DNA from: Hyaloraphidium curvatum SAG 235-1 | Lineage: Eukaryota; Fungi; Monoblepharomycota | Assembly: GCA_025558095.1 (NCBI GenBank) | Contig: JAIVFI010000023.1 | Coordinates: 635,275-699,274, forward strand | Direction: 5' to 3' | DNA: 64,000 nt | Shown here: piece after piece, positions 22,010-33,867 of the stretch | How positions within the stretch are numbered: position 1 is the stretch's first letter | How the letters are laid out: the number at the start of each line of letters is the position of its first letter | Program-made: the position numbers and the translations under genes | The notes under the pieces: generated by a model | The model's database searches: none | The model's input: only the letters and a program-made list of their open reading frames with translations | What the model was told of the DNA's origin: nothing

Positions 22010-25000
22010 ATGCCGAGCTCCGACGAAGCTCCGGCGGCGAGCACGCGCTGGCCAGTCGACCGCTTTCCTTCTCTCCCGAGGTCGGAGGCGGACCTGAAAG
22101 CGATTCTCCGGGATGAGAACTACGCTGGCAGGCTGAGCTTGGCCTCGAAGCTGGGCTTGGAGGTGGGTCCGGGCCCTGAACCTCGCTTCGTTGGCCCTGA
22201 AGTCACCTTCGGCCGCGCAGTTCCGCAATGACCCCTCGTTGCTGCATTCGCACCTCATTCCCCTGCTCAATGACCTCTTGGCCACAAGTCTATTGCCCGA
22301 CACCGTGCCTCTCCTGCAGCGGGCGGACCCTGCCGCGCCGACAGAAGCCGAAGACGACGGATTCGTCCTCGCCGAAGCCGAAACCAAGAAGGAGGACGCT
22401 GGCCCGCGTGTGGTGCAGACCAAGCTCCGGCATCCGCAGACCAACGCGTCGCTGAGGTTCCATGAGCGCGAGCTGGGCATCACCGTGCTCTCGATGAGCC
22501 TCCCCGAGCGACCGGCGCCGGAGCTCGCCGACATCGTGCTGCGGGAGCTGCACCACCCGAGCATGACGGCCAAGGCTCGAGTCGTCGGGGCTCTGGTTTC
22601 GATTTCGGGCTCGGTGGACCCGGAAAGACTGAAACTCGCGTTCGACGAGTGCGTTCCGCGAGTTCGCCGAATGTGCGTGGAAGCCCTGCGTTCCGCCTCC
22701 AAGTGGTCCGTTCTGGACGCGGTCGAGCCGAAAGCGGATGGCAGCTCCTGGAACGTGAGTTTCTGACCCTTCGTCGTGCCGTTGGGTAGCTCACAATGCC
22801 CACGTCAGGCGGCGCCGGTCATCCGAGGTGTTCCTTTGCTGGTCCAGCTCCGCGAAGCTCTCTCTGCGGCATCCTCCTCTTCGGACCCGAAAGCACTCGA
22901 TGCCGCCTGGGCCGAATTTGACTTGCTCCGAGCCGCAAACGACAAGGACAGGCGGTCGGCCGGGGTCTTTCCATTCCCCATTTCAAGGCACCTGGTGGAT
23001 CCAGCGATCGTCACAGATCCTGCCACGAAGCCGTTCCCTGTGGAGCTCCTCGACATTGCGCTCGAGCACCTCCCGCGCAGGACCATCTCCGTCGTTTCGG
23101 GCACCGTCAATGACGCGTCGGCTCCCCGCAAAGCCTTCGAATTTTGCCTCCTTCCGAGCCTCGTGGAGGCCTACCTCCCCCTCTTGGTTAGGAGTGATCC
23201 CCTGCGCACTTCAGAACTGATTTGCCGGACCATGATTCGCGCTGTCCCGACGCCGCCGGACGCGACGCCGCTTTCGGTGAGCCGAAAGGATCTGAACCTG
23301 GCCATTGACGTTCCGGAGGGCTTTGTTGGCAATGCCAAGAGCGACAACTTCTGGAAGCGGCGCACCGCGGCCGAACTTAAGGCGCTCGACGAGCTCGAAG
23401 CGTCTGGCGAGGACGCGAGCGGGACGGCGAAACTGGGGGACGCTTCGGGCACCCTGGGACTCAAGCGGGTTCTGTTGGCAGCACTGGACGCCGGACGCGA
23501 ACGTCACGGGCTGCTGCGCTCCGGGGCCCTCGAGCACGACGACCTGATCAGGTTGCTCTCGTGCATGAGGGGGCGCGACATCCTGGATGTCATTGAGCAC
23601 GCCGAGCAGACGCTATCGAGGCTCGCCGCTCAGGACGGCCGGCCCGCGAGCTGGTCGCACTTGATAGGCTTTTTCTCCGCGTCGCTGGAAGTCCTCGCTC
23701 CGCGCCTGCTGGGGACGTCCAAGTTCGGCAGGACGGAGGGCCGTGGGTTCTTCTCCAATCTCTGCCGCCGGGTTGCTTCGTGGATGCTGGGAGACGATTC
23801 GATTGCCATGCTGCGAAAGGAGGTGTCCTCGGAAGCCAACTCCGGGTCGCCGACCGACCGCGACCCGAAGATGCGCTCCAAGTTCGCCTCCCTTTGCTGG
23901 AGCAGGATTGACGGATCAGTCTTGGGTCCGATCTTGTCTACCTTCGGGAATGGGAGGGAGCGCTACCCTGCCGTTGTTCAGTCTGTGTTCGCGAGACTGC
24001 TGGAGCTCCACCGGAGGGACACGGCTTCGGGCATCTCGAGCTCCGCCCTCCCGAACGCAATGCCTCGGATCCTACGCGCCCTGGCTCCCATTGGACAGGG
24101 CGTCTACGCCCGATCCGACATGGTTTTGGCGAACGACGCGGGCCTGGAAGCCGTCGATGCCAGGGAACCTTGGAGCAATGCCGAGGCTTTCGAGTTCGCC
24201 AAGAATGTCCGACCCATGGCAGCTGGTGCGGAGTCGCTAATCGACAACTTGGAATGGTGGACACAGCTGTCGAAAGACCTCGTGCTCGATCAGAGGCTCG
24301 GGCTTTTCGGATCTGCAGACCTTCTCGGTTTGCCCGCGTTGTTTCATGTCGACATTGCGAAGGGTCGCCAGCGCCCCGCATGGCGTGATACCGTCGTGAA
24401 CGTGCTGGAGATGGCAGACGGCGATCGGCCCGCGCAGACCCGGGTCGCGGAGGCCTGGCTCGCAGGGAGGGAGGTTTCAGAGATGGGTGGCCTCGGCGCC
24501 GTTTCTGACATCGCAAGGTAGGAAATCGTCCACCTTTTGTTGGTCTGCTGACTCTATCGTGATCCCTTCCAGCTATCTGGACATCTCCAAGGCTCAGAAC
24601 CGCAGCTACATCGCGACAACCTTCTTCGCCTCTCGATCCTTCGAGGACCGAATCCTCGGCATCTGGGCGCTCCTCCGTGCAACATATAGGGCGTCGAATC
24701 CCGTCGAGACGGCGGCCACGCTGCAGTTCCTCATCCCCAAGCTTCGCAACGAGATCCAGCCGAACCTCGTCCGGGTGCCACCTGCCTTCTACCTGGACTC
24801 GGTAGCTTCGGTTCAGATTCTCGCTTCCCACCGGACCGTGGCGGGCGTGTATCTGCCCGATCTCTGGTTTCCACGGGCTGCGTCGCGCGAGGAGCAGACC
24901 CAGCTGGCGAAGCTCTGGCTCGAGATCGACGCCAACAACCTGAGTGCCGTGACCGTGGTGCCCAACATCCTCAGCCTGCTTGTGGACGTGGCATCCAGCT

Positions 25001-28000
25001 GCCTTTCTTGGTGCCTTGGCGCCGGCGAGGACGGGGTCGTGGCTTGGAACTTTGTGCTAGAGCTCCTCTGGCGTCGCGCCGTTCACGCGGTCGGGACCTC
25101 AAGAGCGCCAGAACGGTTCCGGTCGCTCCTGCGATCGAGCTTGTTGGCCGCGGCGGCCAAGGACATCGAGCCGTCGGGCCTCGCATCTCGTATGGAACGC
25201 GACGAGCCCAGGTTGCTGGACACTCTGCGGCAGCAAAGCAGAAAGGCTGTGCATGAGGGCTCAGAGGGACATTGGGGGCTCTGCATCATCCATGAAGGAT
25301 CCGAGGCCGCGTTCGTGGACCTGCTGGTAGAAGCAGTCCGCGACCACTACTCTGCCGCGGGAACCACGGCCTTCAAGGACTCGTACGACTACTACGAGCT
25401 CATGTACTACTGCTTTTTCGATTTCCTCGGGACGAGATGGTCGCGGGTCCCAGCGATGGTCGAGTTTCTCTCCGAGCGGCTTAACGTGCTGCGTTCCGCG
25501 CCTCTGGTCGTCGACGTGCCGGATCAGATCCTGGATTGGGAGAAGCTCGTCGACTCGATTCAGGACGCCGGCGAAGACAACGCCATAGTGGATACGCCGG
25601 CCTTCCTCTCTCGCCTGGTTGACATGTACCAGGACTCTTTCCTCGCCGCGACGCCGCCGGCCTGGTACACGGACTACTCGGACCTCCGCCTTCGGTCCTC
25701 GTTCGCAATTGAGGAGGCTGATCGGCGTCTAGACAGGCGCTGCAAGACGGCGGATGGGAAGATCGACCTGAAGAAGCAGGCGTCGTTTGTTCAGCAGCTC
25801 CTCGAGCTGTCTCCGTCCGCCGTGCACCTGCCTTTCGTGTCGTCGACTCTCCTCGAATCACGTCAAGACCTTCTGAAGGTGGTTTTCGGGCACGAGGTTC
25901 CTTCCCCGTAGCTGACTTTATGCGGTTTCAGGATTCGTTCCTCACGGCTCAGGAAGGCTTCCGCGGCCTCTTCAATCCCATCAAGTCGTCTGCTAGCAAT
26001 CCGCCGCCGACTTTCAAACCCACGTTCCCCACGCGCCTGTCGCCCGAGCAGAATCTGTTGCTTTCCAAAGTGTACCTCGCCAACACCCGGGATCCGGACC
26101 TGCGCCAGAGCACGAGAGTGAAAGCTGTCGAGAGCTACACCAAGCTGCCCACGACCACGATCCACGAGCTTGCGGCCTTGCTTTCGGATACAAGCCTTCC
26201 GCAACGTGTCGTGGAAGCCATCCTCATGTTCCTCCCGTCCTTGGTGAGTTGGTCTGCCGTCGACTCGCGTACCTTGGTCTGACGCAGTCGCACAAGGACG
26301 AGCCTGCTGTCGGGATCCAGATCCTCCTCTCACGATACTACCTGGATTCGGATCTAGCGCGGACCGCCATCCACGTGGTCAAGGGCGCGCTGGATACCCT
26401 GCCGTATGCGGAAATTCCCGCCCTCATCATGGAGTGCTTCAACGCCGGGGATCGGCCGCCCAAGATCGCCGTGCAGAAGGAGCTGTTCCGGTTGGTCAAG
26501 GACTATATGCACTTTCCAGAAACGCTGCAGTTCGTCCTCGACGTCTGGGGCAGGGAAAAGCTGCACAGGGACGTGCGGATCGTGCTGCTTCAGACCATGA
26601 TCTCCCTGCTCAACCACGATTCCGCTGCCGTTCGGGATGCCGCATGGTCGATGGTCGGTGATGCCATCGCCAAGCCGGCCCTCATCCGCTCCAACATCTC
26701 CCTGGTTCTCTGCGCCGTGAGCCCGGCCATTCCCAACTTGGACGAGAGGACGGTGCCGAACCCCAGCGGCAACGAGAACTACAGGAACCAGATCCGCGGG
26801 CTTCCTGCCAACCCGACGCTCTCGGAGCTCGCGAATCAGGAAATCTCCGGGGCCGCCAACGTCGCTCGCTGGGCCACCGAGGTGCTCGCACCGCTCACCC
26901 TGCTTCCCGTGCCGGAGAAGGAAGAGGATGCTGCTCTCCACCAGGCAGTCGTCGCCATTCGGTTTGCGGCCCTCCTAGCGCTGATCAACAACGGTCTTTG
27001 GTTCGCGGACCCTACCGCAGCAGAGTCGCTCGCGGCCTCGTTCGCCTCCGCGGCAATCGAGCACGCGTTAGACGAGACAACGGCCGGCCAAACCCGCTTC
27101 ACCTGCTTCGTCTACCTGGTGGCCCAGTGCGTATCGTGGATGCCGGGCCCGACAGCGCCGCAGGCATCAATGCGCGAGCTGGCGAAGATCGTGGACCACT
27201 TGTCGGCGGCCGTGTCCTCGAGCAACCCGCGGACGCGCCGTCTCGCGATCCAGCAGCTGGAGCGGCTCAACCTCGAGGCCAACTTCCTCTTCCTCGGAGG
27301 TCCCGAAGTAGAGCGAAGGACGGCAGGCTTGGACAAGTTGGACCTGGTCAGCGGGCTCGGCGACATGTTCTGGAGGATCAAGCACGATCGCCGGATGAAC
27401 TACATCCGGCGCAAGGAGCTCACAGCCGGCAGCTCCATCTCCTCGGCCAAAGCAGCGGACCTCTGCTTCGACGTGCTCCGTTCCCTCGCGAGCCCCCCCG
27501 CAAGCCTCGAATCTTCGTGGCGCACCTTCCTCATCTCCCAGACAACCACCCTCTTTTCCGTCCTGCGCACTCCGGAAGCCCGAACGAAGCTGGCCGTCAA
27601 GCTCCTGGAGGCGGCCCCCGACGTCCCTGCTGAAGACCTCGCCGAACTGCGCTTCGAGCTCCTCACCCTACCCGACCTCCGGTCCTCCCTCCCCCCCACC
27701 GACCTCGCGCAGCGCCTGACATCCGCGCTGGAGCACTTCGGCCTCCCCGCCGGCGAGCCCCCTTCCCCGCGTGCGGCGATCTACCTCGCTTCCAACGCCT
27801 CGCGGTTCGCCCCGCTCGTCGCCGCCGCCCACGCGGCAAACCTCCCGCAGCAACCCACTCTCGAGGACCACGACGCCGTCCCGCTCGACCTCATCGAGGG
27901 CATCCTCGCGGGCGCTTCGCGGTCGCCCGCCCACGGCAAGGTCGCGTGGGACCTCCTCCTTGCCGCGCCCGAGGCGTGCTTCTTCCTCGCCGGGCGCGCG

Positions 28001-28852
28001 GCCTGCGCGATGATCGCCGCTGCCGTGCGCGAGCTGGAGAACCCGGCCGAAGCGGCACAGGGGCAGGTGCTCCGCGCCGCCGTTGCGCTGCTGGAGTTTG
28101 CCAGGCGGGCGGAGGTAGAGGGGGCGATGGCGGGCAAGTCCAGGGCGGCCAAGGCGAAGGAAGTCGGGAAGGGGGCCTGCACGCCGACGGGGGCGCTGCT
28201 GATCGGGTGCGTGGCGGCCGGGGCGTTGGCGGAGGCCGATCCGGCGGCGTGGTACGTGCCTGGCAGGGACAACGGAGAAGGCGGGGCGGGAATCGTGAAA
28301 GGGGCGGTGTCGGTCGATGATCTGGAGGAGCGGATGGTGGAGTATTGGGGCTCCAACGACCCGGATGAGTCGCTCAGGACGGCTTTGCCGCGCGAGGCCG
28401 ACGAGGAACCCGGGCCGGTCGAGATGGAAGCGTGGAACAAGCTCGCCGCCGCCCTGCTCGCGCGCGCCCCCGGGCACCTGCTCCTCAACACGGGCCTGTT
28501 GCCACTGGCGGGCTATGCGATGCTGGCGTCCTCGCTGACGCTGAACGGGTGGGAAGGGTGGGAAGCGCCGCAGCAGCTGGGGCTCGACCTCGTGCGGACG
28601 GCGTCCGAGAGGGCAAAAGATCGCGGGGACCGCGGGGCGGCCGACCAGGCGGTGACCGCGCTCGGGTACTGGGTGGAGAACGTGGCGGGCAAGGCGTCGA
28701 GGCCAGGGGCCGGCAGGATCCCCGCCGAAGAGGCGAACGAGATCCTCGCCGGTGCCGCGGATCTGCTCGAGGAGCTGGCGCGGGATTCGAGCCCGAGCGT
28801 GAGGCGCAAAGCGGCAATGATCTTGCTCGAGGTCGCCCCGCGCCAGCCGTGA
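22010..28852 (+). CDS. Very large (about 2100 aa) hypothetical alpha-helical/HEAT-like protein, multi-exon
   Basis: Consecutive long + strand ORFs (22191, 22776, 24487, 25920, 26249) can be joined by short GT-AG introns; Leu/Ala-rich helical sequence. Confidence 0.7.
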
Positions 28853-29028
28853 TCCTGATACGCGTCGAGGAGGGCGATGGGTTGGGCGGAACGAGTGGGC
28901 GGCAATGGTGCCTATCAAGATTAGTGTATTCCATGGCGACTCCGGGCAGCGGAGAGGGTGGCTATGTACAAGCCGAGGTCGCGGAAATCAGACTCGTCCC
29001 GTGGTGATCATCCCCAAGAGCGTCGGCC

Positions 29029-29814
29029 TCAGATGACGTGCGACTTTTGAAACTTGCCCGCCCTCATGATGATGACGGGGTACTCGCAGTGCGTGAGCAC
29101 ATGGCTCGACACCGAGCCGAGGAAGAGGCCTGGAAGGAAGAGGGATCAGAGCCGCCGCTCCCGCAGCGCGTCGACCCCACCCGTGATGTTCCCCTTGGAA
29201 TGCGACCCCACGACCACGAGGTCCGGCTTCATCTCCTTCGCCTTCTCCACCACGGCCTCCCCAGGCCCCGGCGCGAACTCGAGCGAGCCCGACACGGCGG
29301 CCTTCTTGCCCAGCAGCCCCAGGCGCTCCTTGCATTGGTTCAGCAGGTCCTCCAGGGAGGTCTGGGCGGCCATGTACAGGTTCCTCTTGGTTTCTTCGTC
29401 TTCCAGTGTAAACGCCATCAGTTCTGCGCGAGGCAGCGGGCGTTCAGTCCGTGTTGGGAGCCCATGAGGGTGCCGGAAGATGCCCACCGGGGTCGACGAT
29501 GACGGGCTCAATGAGCGCCGAGTAGATGTGGATCCGCTGCTGCTCCTCGGAGAGGTCGGGTTTGAGCAGGTGCTCCAGGACCTGCGCGGGCGGGTTATCG
29601 GGGCCCCGGCGGGGAGTCGCACGCCCGGCGCACCCAGTGAATGGCGTCTTTGGACACGTCGGAAAAGTCTGTTGCAATCTGAGAGGGCGGAGACGGTCGG
29701 CGGACCGCGGGAGGGGCCGTCGGGGAGGGCACCCGCCAGGATGTTGTTCGGCGCGCTGAAGCCGGATGGCGCGGCCTTCGTGTCGGCCGACGCCTTCGGC
29801 GAGACCTCCGTCAT
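29029..29814 (-). CDS. Universal stress protein (Usp domain), multi-exon
   Basis: PGEAVVEKAKEMKPDLVVVGSHSKG..|LFLGSVSSHVLTHCEYPVIIMR, the Usp ATP-binding signature. Confidence 0.85.
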
Positions 29815-29972
29815 GGCTGCGGAATGAGCGGTGCTTTGACGGCGGATATGAGGAACAGTGTGTGTTGTGTGCGTGAGTCAGAAAGGGGACCGGCGCGGCC
29901 ACGCGTCCGGATGCTTCAGCGCTCCGGTTGTGAACAGATGGCCATCCCCGATCTGTTCTCGCGAAACCGAAT

Positions 29973-31052
29973 CTACACACTGTCGAAGAAGGATCTATCG
30001 TCCCGGCCGAGGATGTGCTCGACCCCGGGGTAGCTGCCGCCGAGAGCGGTCTCGCGGTCAATGTAGACCACGTCGATGGCGAATCGCCCTTCGTCCTCGG
30101 TGATTGCAAAGGAGACGTAGGGCTTTGGGAGCACCACCTTGATGAAGTGACATTGTTCCCCCTCGCGAACCTTGTCGTCGAAGTACGAGCCCTGATTCGT
30201 GTCCCTGTCAAGTCCAATCTCGGGGATACGGGTGTCATCGAGCACGAAACTGAGCACATGTTGCAAGATATCCTGCCCGCGGAAAAGGGTGTGGTGCCGG
30301 AAAAAGCTGTACTTCCATTTCAGCCCAAGCTCCTTCGCTTTGAGCGCCATCCAGAAAGCTCGTTCGGCCCGGTCGTCTGGGCATGTGGCCACGCGCTCCA
30401 TCGAGTCCGTCTGCTTCGCGGTGACCGTTTCGTCCGAACCGTACTGCCCGTTCCAGTTCGTTTTGACTGTGTACTCCAGCACGATCGAGGACGGAGACTG
30501 GATGAGGAAATCCGGGGCCAGGCGGGCTAGCTTCGACTTCTGCAAGGCGGCGGAGGCGAACTCTTCGAGGTCGAGGAATTTCAGAGCTTGCTCAAAGTCG
30601 TAGACGGGGCGGCGCGGAAGCAGGGGTGGGATCGAGCCGGGCTTCAAAGGGATGAAATCGTCCGGCAGCCCGTAGAAGTCGGCGTCCGCGCGGAGCCGGG
30701 AGCGCTCCGCGTACGACAGCTCGTCCTGCCACTATTGCCACGACGGCCCGTTGTACCCGTGCAGGTAGAGATCGACGTGCGAATCGAACAGCTTCGCGCT
30801 GCGGTCCAGCGTGTAGACTGGCGGAAGCGCCTGCTTGCCCTCGTTCAGCCCGCCGGGTCCGAAGTGGTGCGCAAAGATGGAGCCGGGAGCACGCACGACG
30901 ATGGCAGCTCTGAGGTACTGGAACTCGCGCGGGTCCTTGCCGACGAAGCGGACGGTGACGAGGTCGTCGGCCGGAGCGAGCTTCGGCGCGGCGGCGGGCC
31001 CATTGGCGGGGCCGTCGTCGGTGCGGGCGCGCTTGGAAGGCGTTTCGGTCAT
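29973..31052 (-). pseudogene. BTB/POZ (KCTD/T1-like) domain protein with an in-frame TAG, copy 1
   Basis: LDRSAKLF...LYL...RLRADADFYGL is T1-like. The frame is continuous apart from a TAG at 30732-30734. Confidence 0.7.
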
Positions 31053-31208
31053 TTTTGGCTGTACGGAGGAGCGGGAAGAGTTTTGCGGCGGCGCGAGAAG
31101 CGGTTTCGAAGCTGGACGAAACTGAGGCGTCCGTCCCATCACATCCGCTGCTCAACTTCTCTTGAGCTGGACCACCACTTTCGTCACTGATAAGGCGAGC
31201 ACTACATT

Positions 31209-33536
31209 TCATACAGAAAAGGAATACACGCCTCCATAGGGATAGATCTGAAAAACCAGCCTAGATCCGGTCCACCACACGACGGGCTTTTGACGCTCCT
31301 CGTCGCGATCAAGCACTGCCTTGCTGCCCTGCCCCTGCCTCCATATCCAGAACTTGTCGGCCGTCGAGTACAGAACAGCCCCTCCTGCGACCTGCTCCAC
31401 TTTCCCGCTCGCTGCAACCGACACCGCCGTCGATCCGTTGACAGATGCCATGAGCGAAATCGCGGCGCCGTCCTGGTCCTCCATGCTCCAGGCCAGGACG
31501 CCGTCCGCGACCGAGTAATCGAAGATGAACGAGCTCCCGGCGATTGAGGCGATCACCGCCGGCGACGATTCGGGTGCAGCCATCGACAAGAGAGATCTGG
31601 ATCCGGCGTCGGCCCAGACAACCCTGCTCCCGTCCGTCCGCGGATTCCGGCCGCCCGCATCCGTGGATACCTTGGTCGTGAGGTTGGTGGCCGATGACCA
31701 GTGGAAGACGTGGAAGGCTTGCTGTGCTTGCAAGCCAAAGTAGACGTGAACTTCGCTGCCGTTGACGAAAAAGTCGTACGAGGATTCCGCGCCCGAAACA
31801 GGCGGTTGCATCCCAACCGGGCACGGAATGCGGACGTACGACCTTGTCGCCGAGTTGTACAGCGCGTAGCCGCACGAAGTGTTCCAAAGGTTGGCCCAGA
31901 GCACGTAGCCGGCCCTGGCGACCGGCTTCCCCTCCGTCGCTCCCGCCACCCCTGCCGAGGCGTTGATCCAGGGCTGATCAGCGCTCAGGTTCACCGTCTG
32001 CGCCCAGATTTGGTCGTCCCACCCGTACAGGCATTTCCCGAGTGTGCATGCCGGAACGCTCCGGAGTATGTAGGCCCCATTGCCTTGTTCCGCCAAGGCC
32101 CATGTCCAATCCGAAAAGTCCGCTCCGAGCATAGAGGTAACGATGCGCGACGTGCCCGTGGAAGTGTCGAGCGAAAGCAGGTAGGGTGGATTGGGGCCCA
32201 AAGAAGCTGAAAGCACCAGTCTGTTACCCCGCGCGGTGAAAAGCACAGGTTGAAAGAGGTTCGGCAGCGCGAGTGGGGTGTAGGCAAGGGCCGGCGACGA
32301 AGCCACGAAGAATGAGGCGTCGTAAACCCCACGGTCCCCGAAAGAATCCGAGGCAGACATGATGATGGAACTAAAGCCTGGCCTGAACGTTGCCGTGCTG
32401 AAGGCGCAGACAAAGGTGCGGCCCGAGATCGAGAGCGGCAACTCTCTCCCTTCTTTTGTGGTTGCCCGAAGCTGCAGCCTGGCGCCTCTGTTGAGGGCGA
32501 AGGCCACCCCAGCTAGACGGATCTCCCCGGAAGCCATAGCCCCCAACGGTCCAGAAGTGAACTCCACAAACGGGGCTCTGTGGATCACGTAGTTGAACAC
32601 GCCGGTGCGCTGGCGGCTGCCCTTGTCCTTGACAAGCACGGTCAAGGTGTGGTTGCCCCCAAGCCCATCGTTTCCGGAGTGGTCCGAGTAATCGAAGTGG
32701 CCTTCGACCAGGATCCTGGAGTTGTGTCGCCGCGGCAAGCCTGCGGGCACACCCGCCAAGACAGTGCGTCCATCGAGCTTGGCATCCACCCGAGACACGC
32801 CAGCGACGGCGGACACCGTCAGGTTGATGTAGTACCCGCCCCACCCGCCGTTCTCCCCGGTTTCGACCGAGATGTTCAAGGAAAACGGAACGTTGCTGAC
32901 GGTGGCGCTCCGCCGCAGATCCCTCGTCGAGCCGTTGGGCAGCCGGATGCGGGCCAGGATCGCGCGGACCCCGTCGCCGGAGCGGGCCGTGTCCCACGAC
33001 GCCGGGTGCCCGAAGCGGTCCGCACCGCGACCGAGGGATCGGCCGTCCACGAACCACGTGACGTGGCCTTGCACTTCGGGCAGCACGGACAGCTCCACGG
33101 TGCCGGAAACTGGGCTGGCCATGCTCATGGCGATGTACAGCGGCGTCGGGCGGGGCGCCGTGGTGGTGGCTCTCCTCCTGGACGACGTGCGGCGCTTCGT
33201 GGTCGTCTGGCGCTTCATGGTCGTCCTGCGCCTGGTGGTTGTCCGGCGCTTCGCGCTCGCCTTCCTCGAAGTCGTCGTCTTCGGGGCCCTCGGCTGCAGC
33301 GCCGGGCCGACCGCATCCCGTCCACCTGCTCCGACCGGAGCCACGTTGTTGGGAGACTGGACCAAGTCTGCCTCGCCGCGCAGGACGACGGCCGAGCATG
33401 CACCCGGTCTGGGGAGGGCGGAGCTTGCCAGGAGGGCGGCGAGGCCGGCCGCCACCGCGGCGGCCAGGAGAGTCCGATGGGACTTGCCGCGGCGGGTGCC
33501 GCGGTACCGAGAGTGTGTTTTTTCGTCGATTTGCAT
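31209..33536 (-). CDS. Secreted or signal-anchored protein with Ig-like (Big) domains and a beta-propeller-like C-terminus, intronless
   Basis: N-terminal hydrophobic segment, Thr/Arg linker, Big-like VSGTVELS...WFVDG...WDT...DG, and a W/G/S-rich beta-strand C-terminal half. Confidence 0.7.
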   Translation of the reverse strand: MQIDEKTHSRYRGTRRGKSHRTLLAAAVAAGLAALLASSALPRPGACSAVVLRGEADLVQSPNNVAPVGAGGRDAVGPALQPRAPKTTTSRKASAKRRTTTRRRTTMKRQTTTKRRTSSRRRATTTAPRPTPLYIAMSMASPVSGTVELSVLPEVQGHVTWFVDGRSLGRGADRFGHPASWDTARSGDGVRAILARIRLPNGSTRDLRRSATVSNVPFSLNISVETGENGGWGGYYINLTVSAVAGVSRVDAKLDGRTVLAGVPAGLPRRHNSRILVEGHFDYSDHSGNDGLGGNHTLTVLVKDKGSRQRTGVFNYVIHRAPFVEFTSGPLGAMASGEIRLAGVAFALNRGARLQLRATTKEGRELPLSISGRTFVCAFSTATFRPGFSSIIMSASDSFGDRGVYDASFFVASSPALAYTPLALPNLFQPVLFTARGNRLVLSASLGPNPPYLLSLDTSTGTSRIVTSMLGADFSDWTWALAEQGNGAYILRSVPACTLGKCLYGWDDQIWAQTVNLSADQPWINASAGVAGATEGKPVARAGYVLWANLWNTSCGYALYNSATRSYVRIPCPVGMQPPVSGAESSYDFFVNGSEVHVYFGLQAQQAFHVFHWSSATNLTTKVSTDAGGRNPRTDGSRVVWADAGSRSLLSMAAPESSPAVIASIAGSSFIFDYSVADGVLAWSMEDQDGAAISLMASVNGSTAVSVAASGKVEQVAGGAVLYSTADKFWIWRQGQGSKAVLDRDEERQKPVVWWTGSRLVFQIYPYGGVYSFSV

Positions 33537-33867
33537 GGGAAAGTTCCGAAAGCTCGTCTGAGTCTGTCACGGAGTGTGACTCGTTCAGGGACGCGCTTCG
33601 CCACACGGCCACACGGCAACACGGCCACACGGAGCCTCCCCGTCAAGCTCTCCTTAGGCCGCTAACGACTGCACTCTCGTCAACACGATGATCACGAATG
33701 CTCACACAGCAACAGAATACACGGGATAATGGGTCTCCATCCGCAAGACGAACCTTAGCCCCGTCCACCACACGTTCAGTCGCCGGTAGGACATGTGCCA
33801 TTCGGAGCCTGCCTTTTGCTGTACAGCGCAACTTCGAACCATGAACCAGCTTCTCGCCAACCCCACG

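Noticed and set aside
2917-30734. In-frame TAA (MYND) and TAG (BTB) suggesting stop-codon reassignment
   Set aside because: Intact genes in the window end in TAG, TAA and TGA, and the affected loci or their paralogues also carry frameshifts; pseudogenisation is the simpler explanation.
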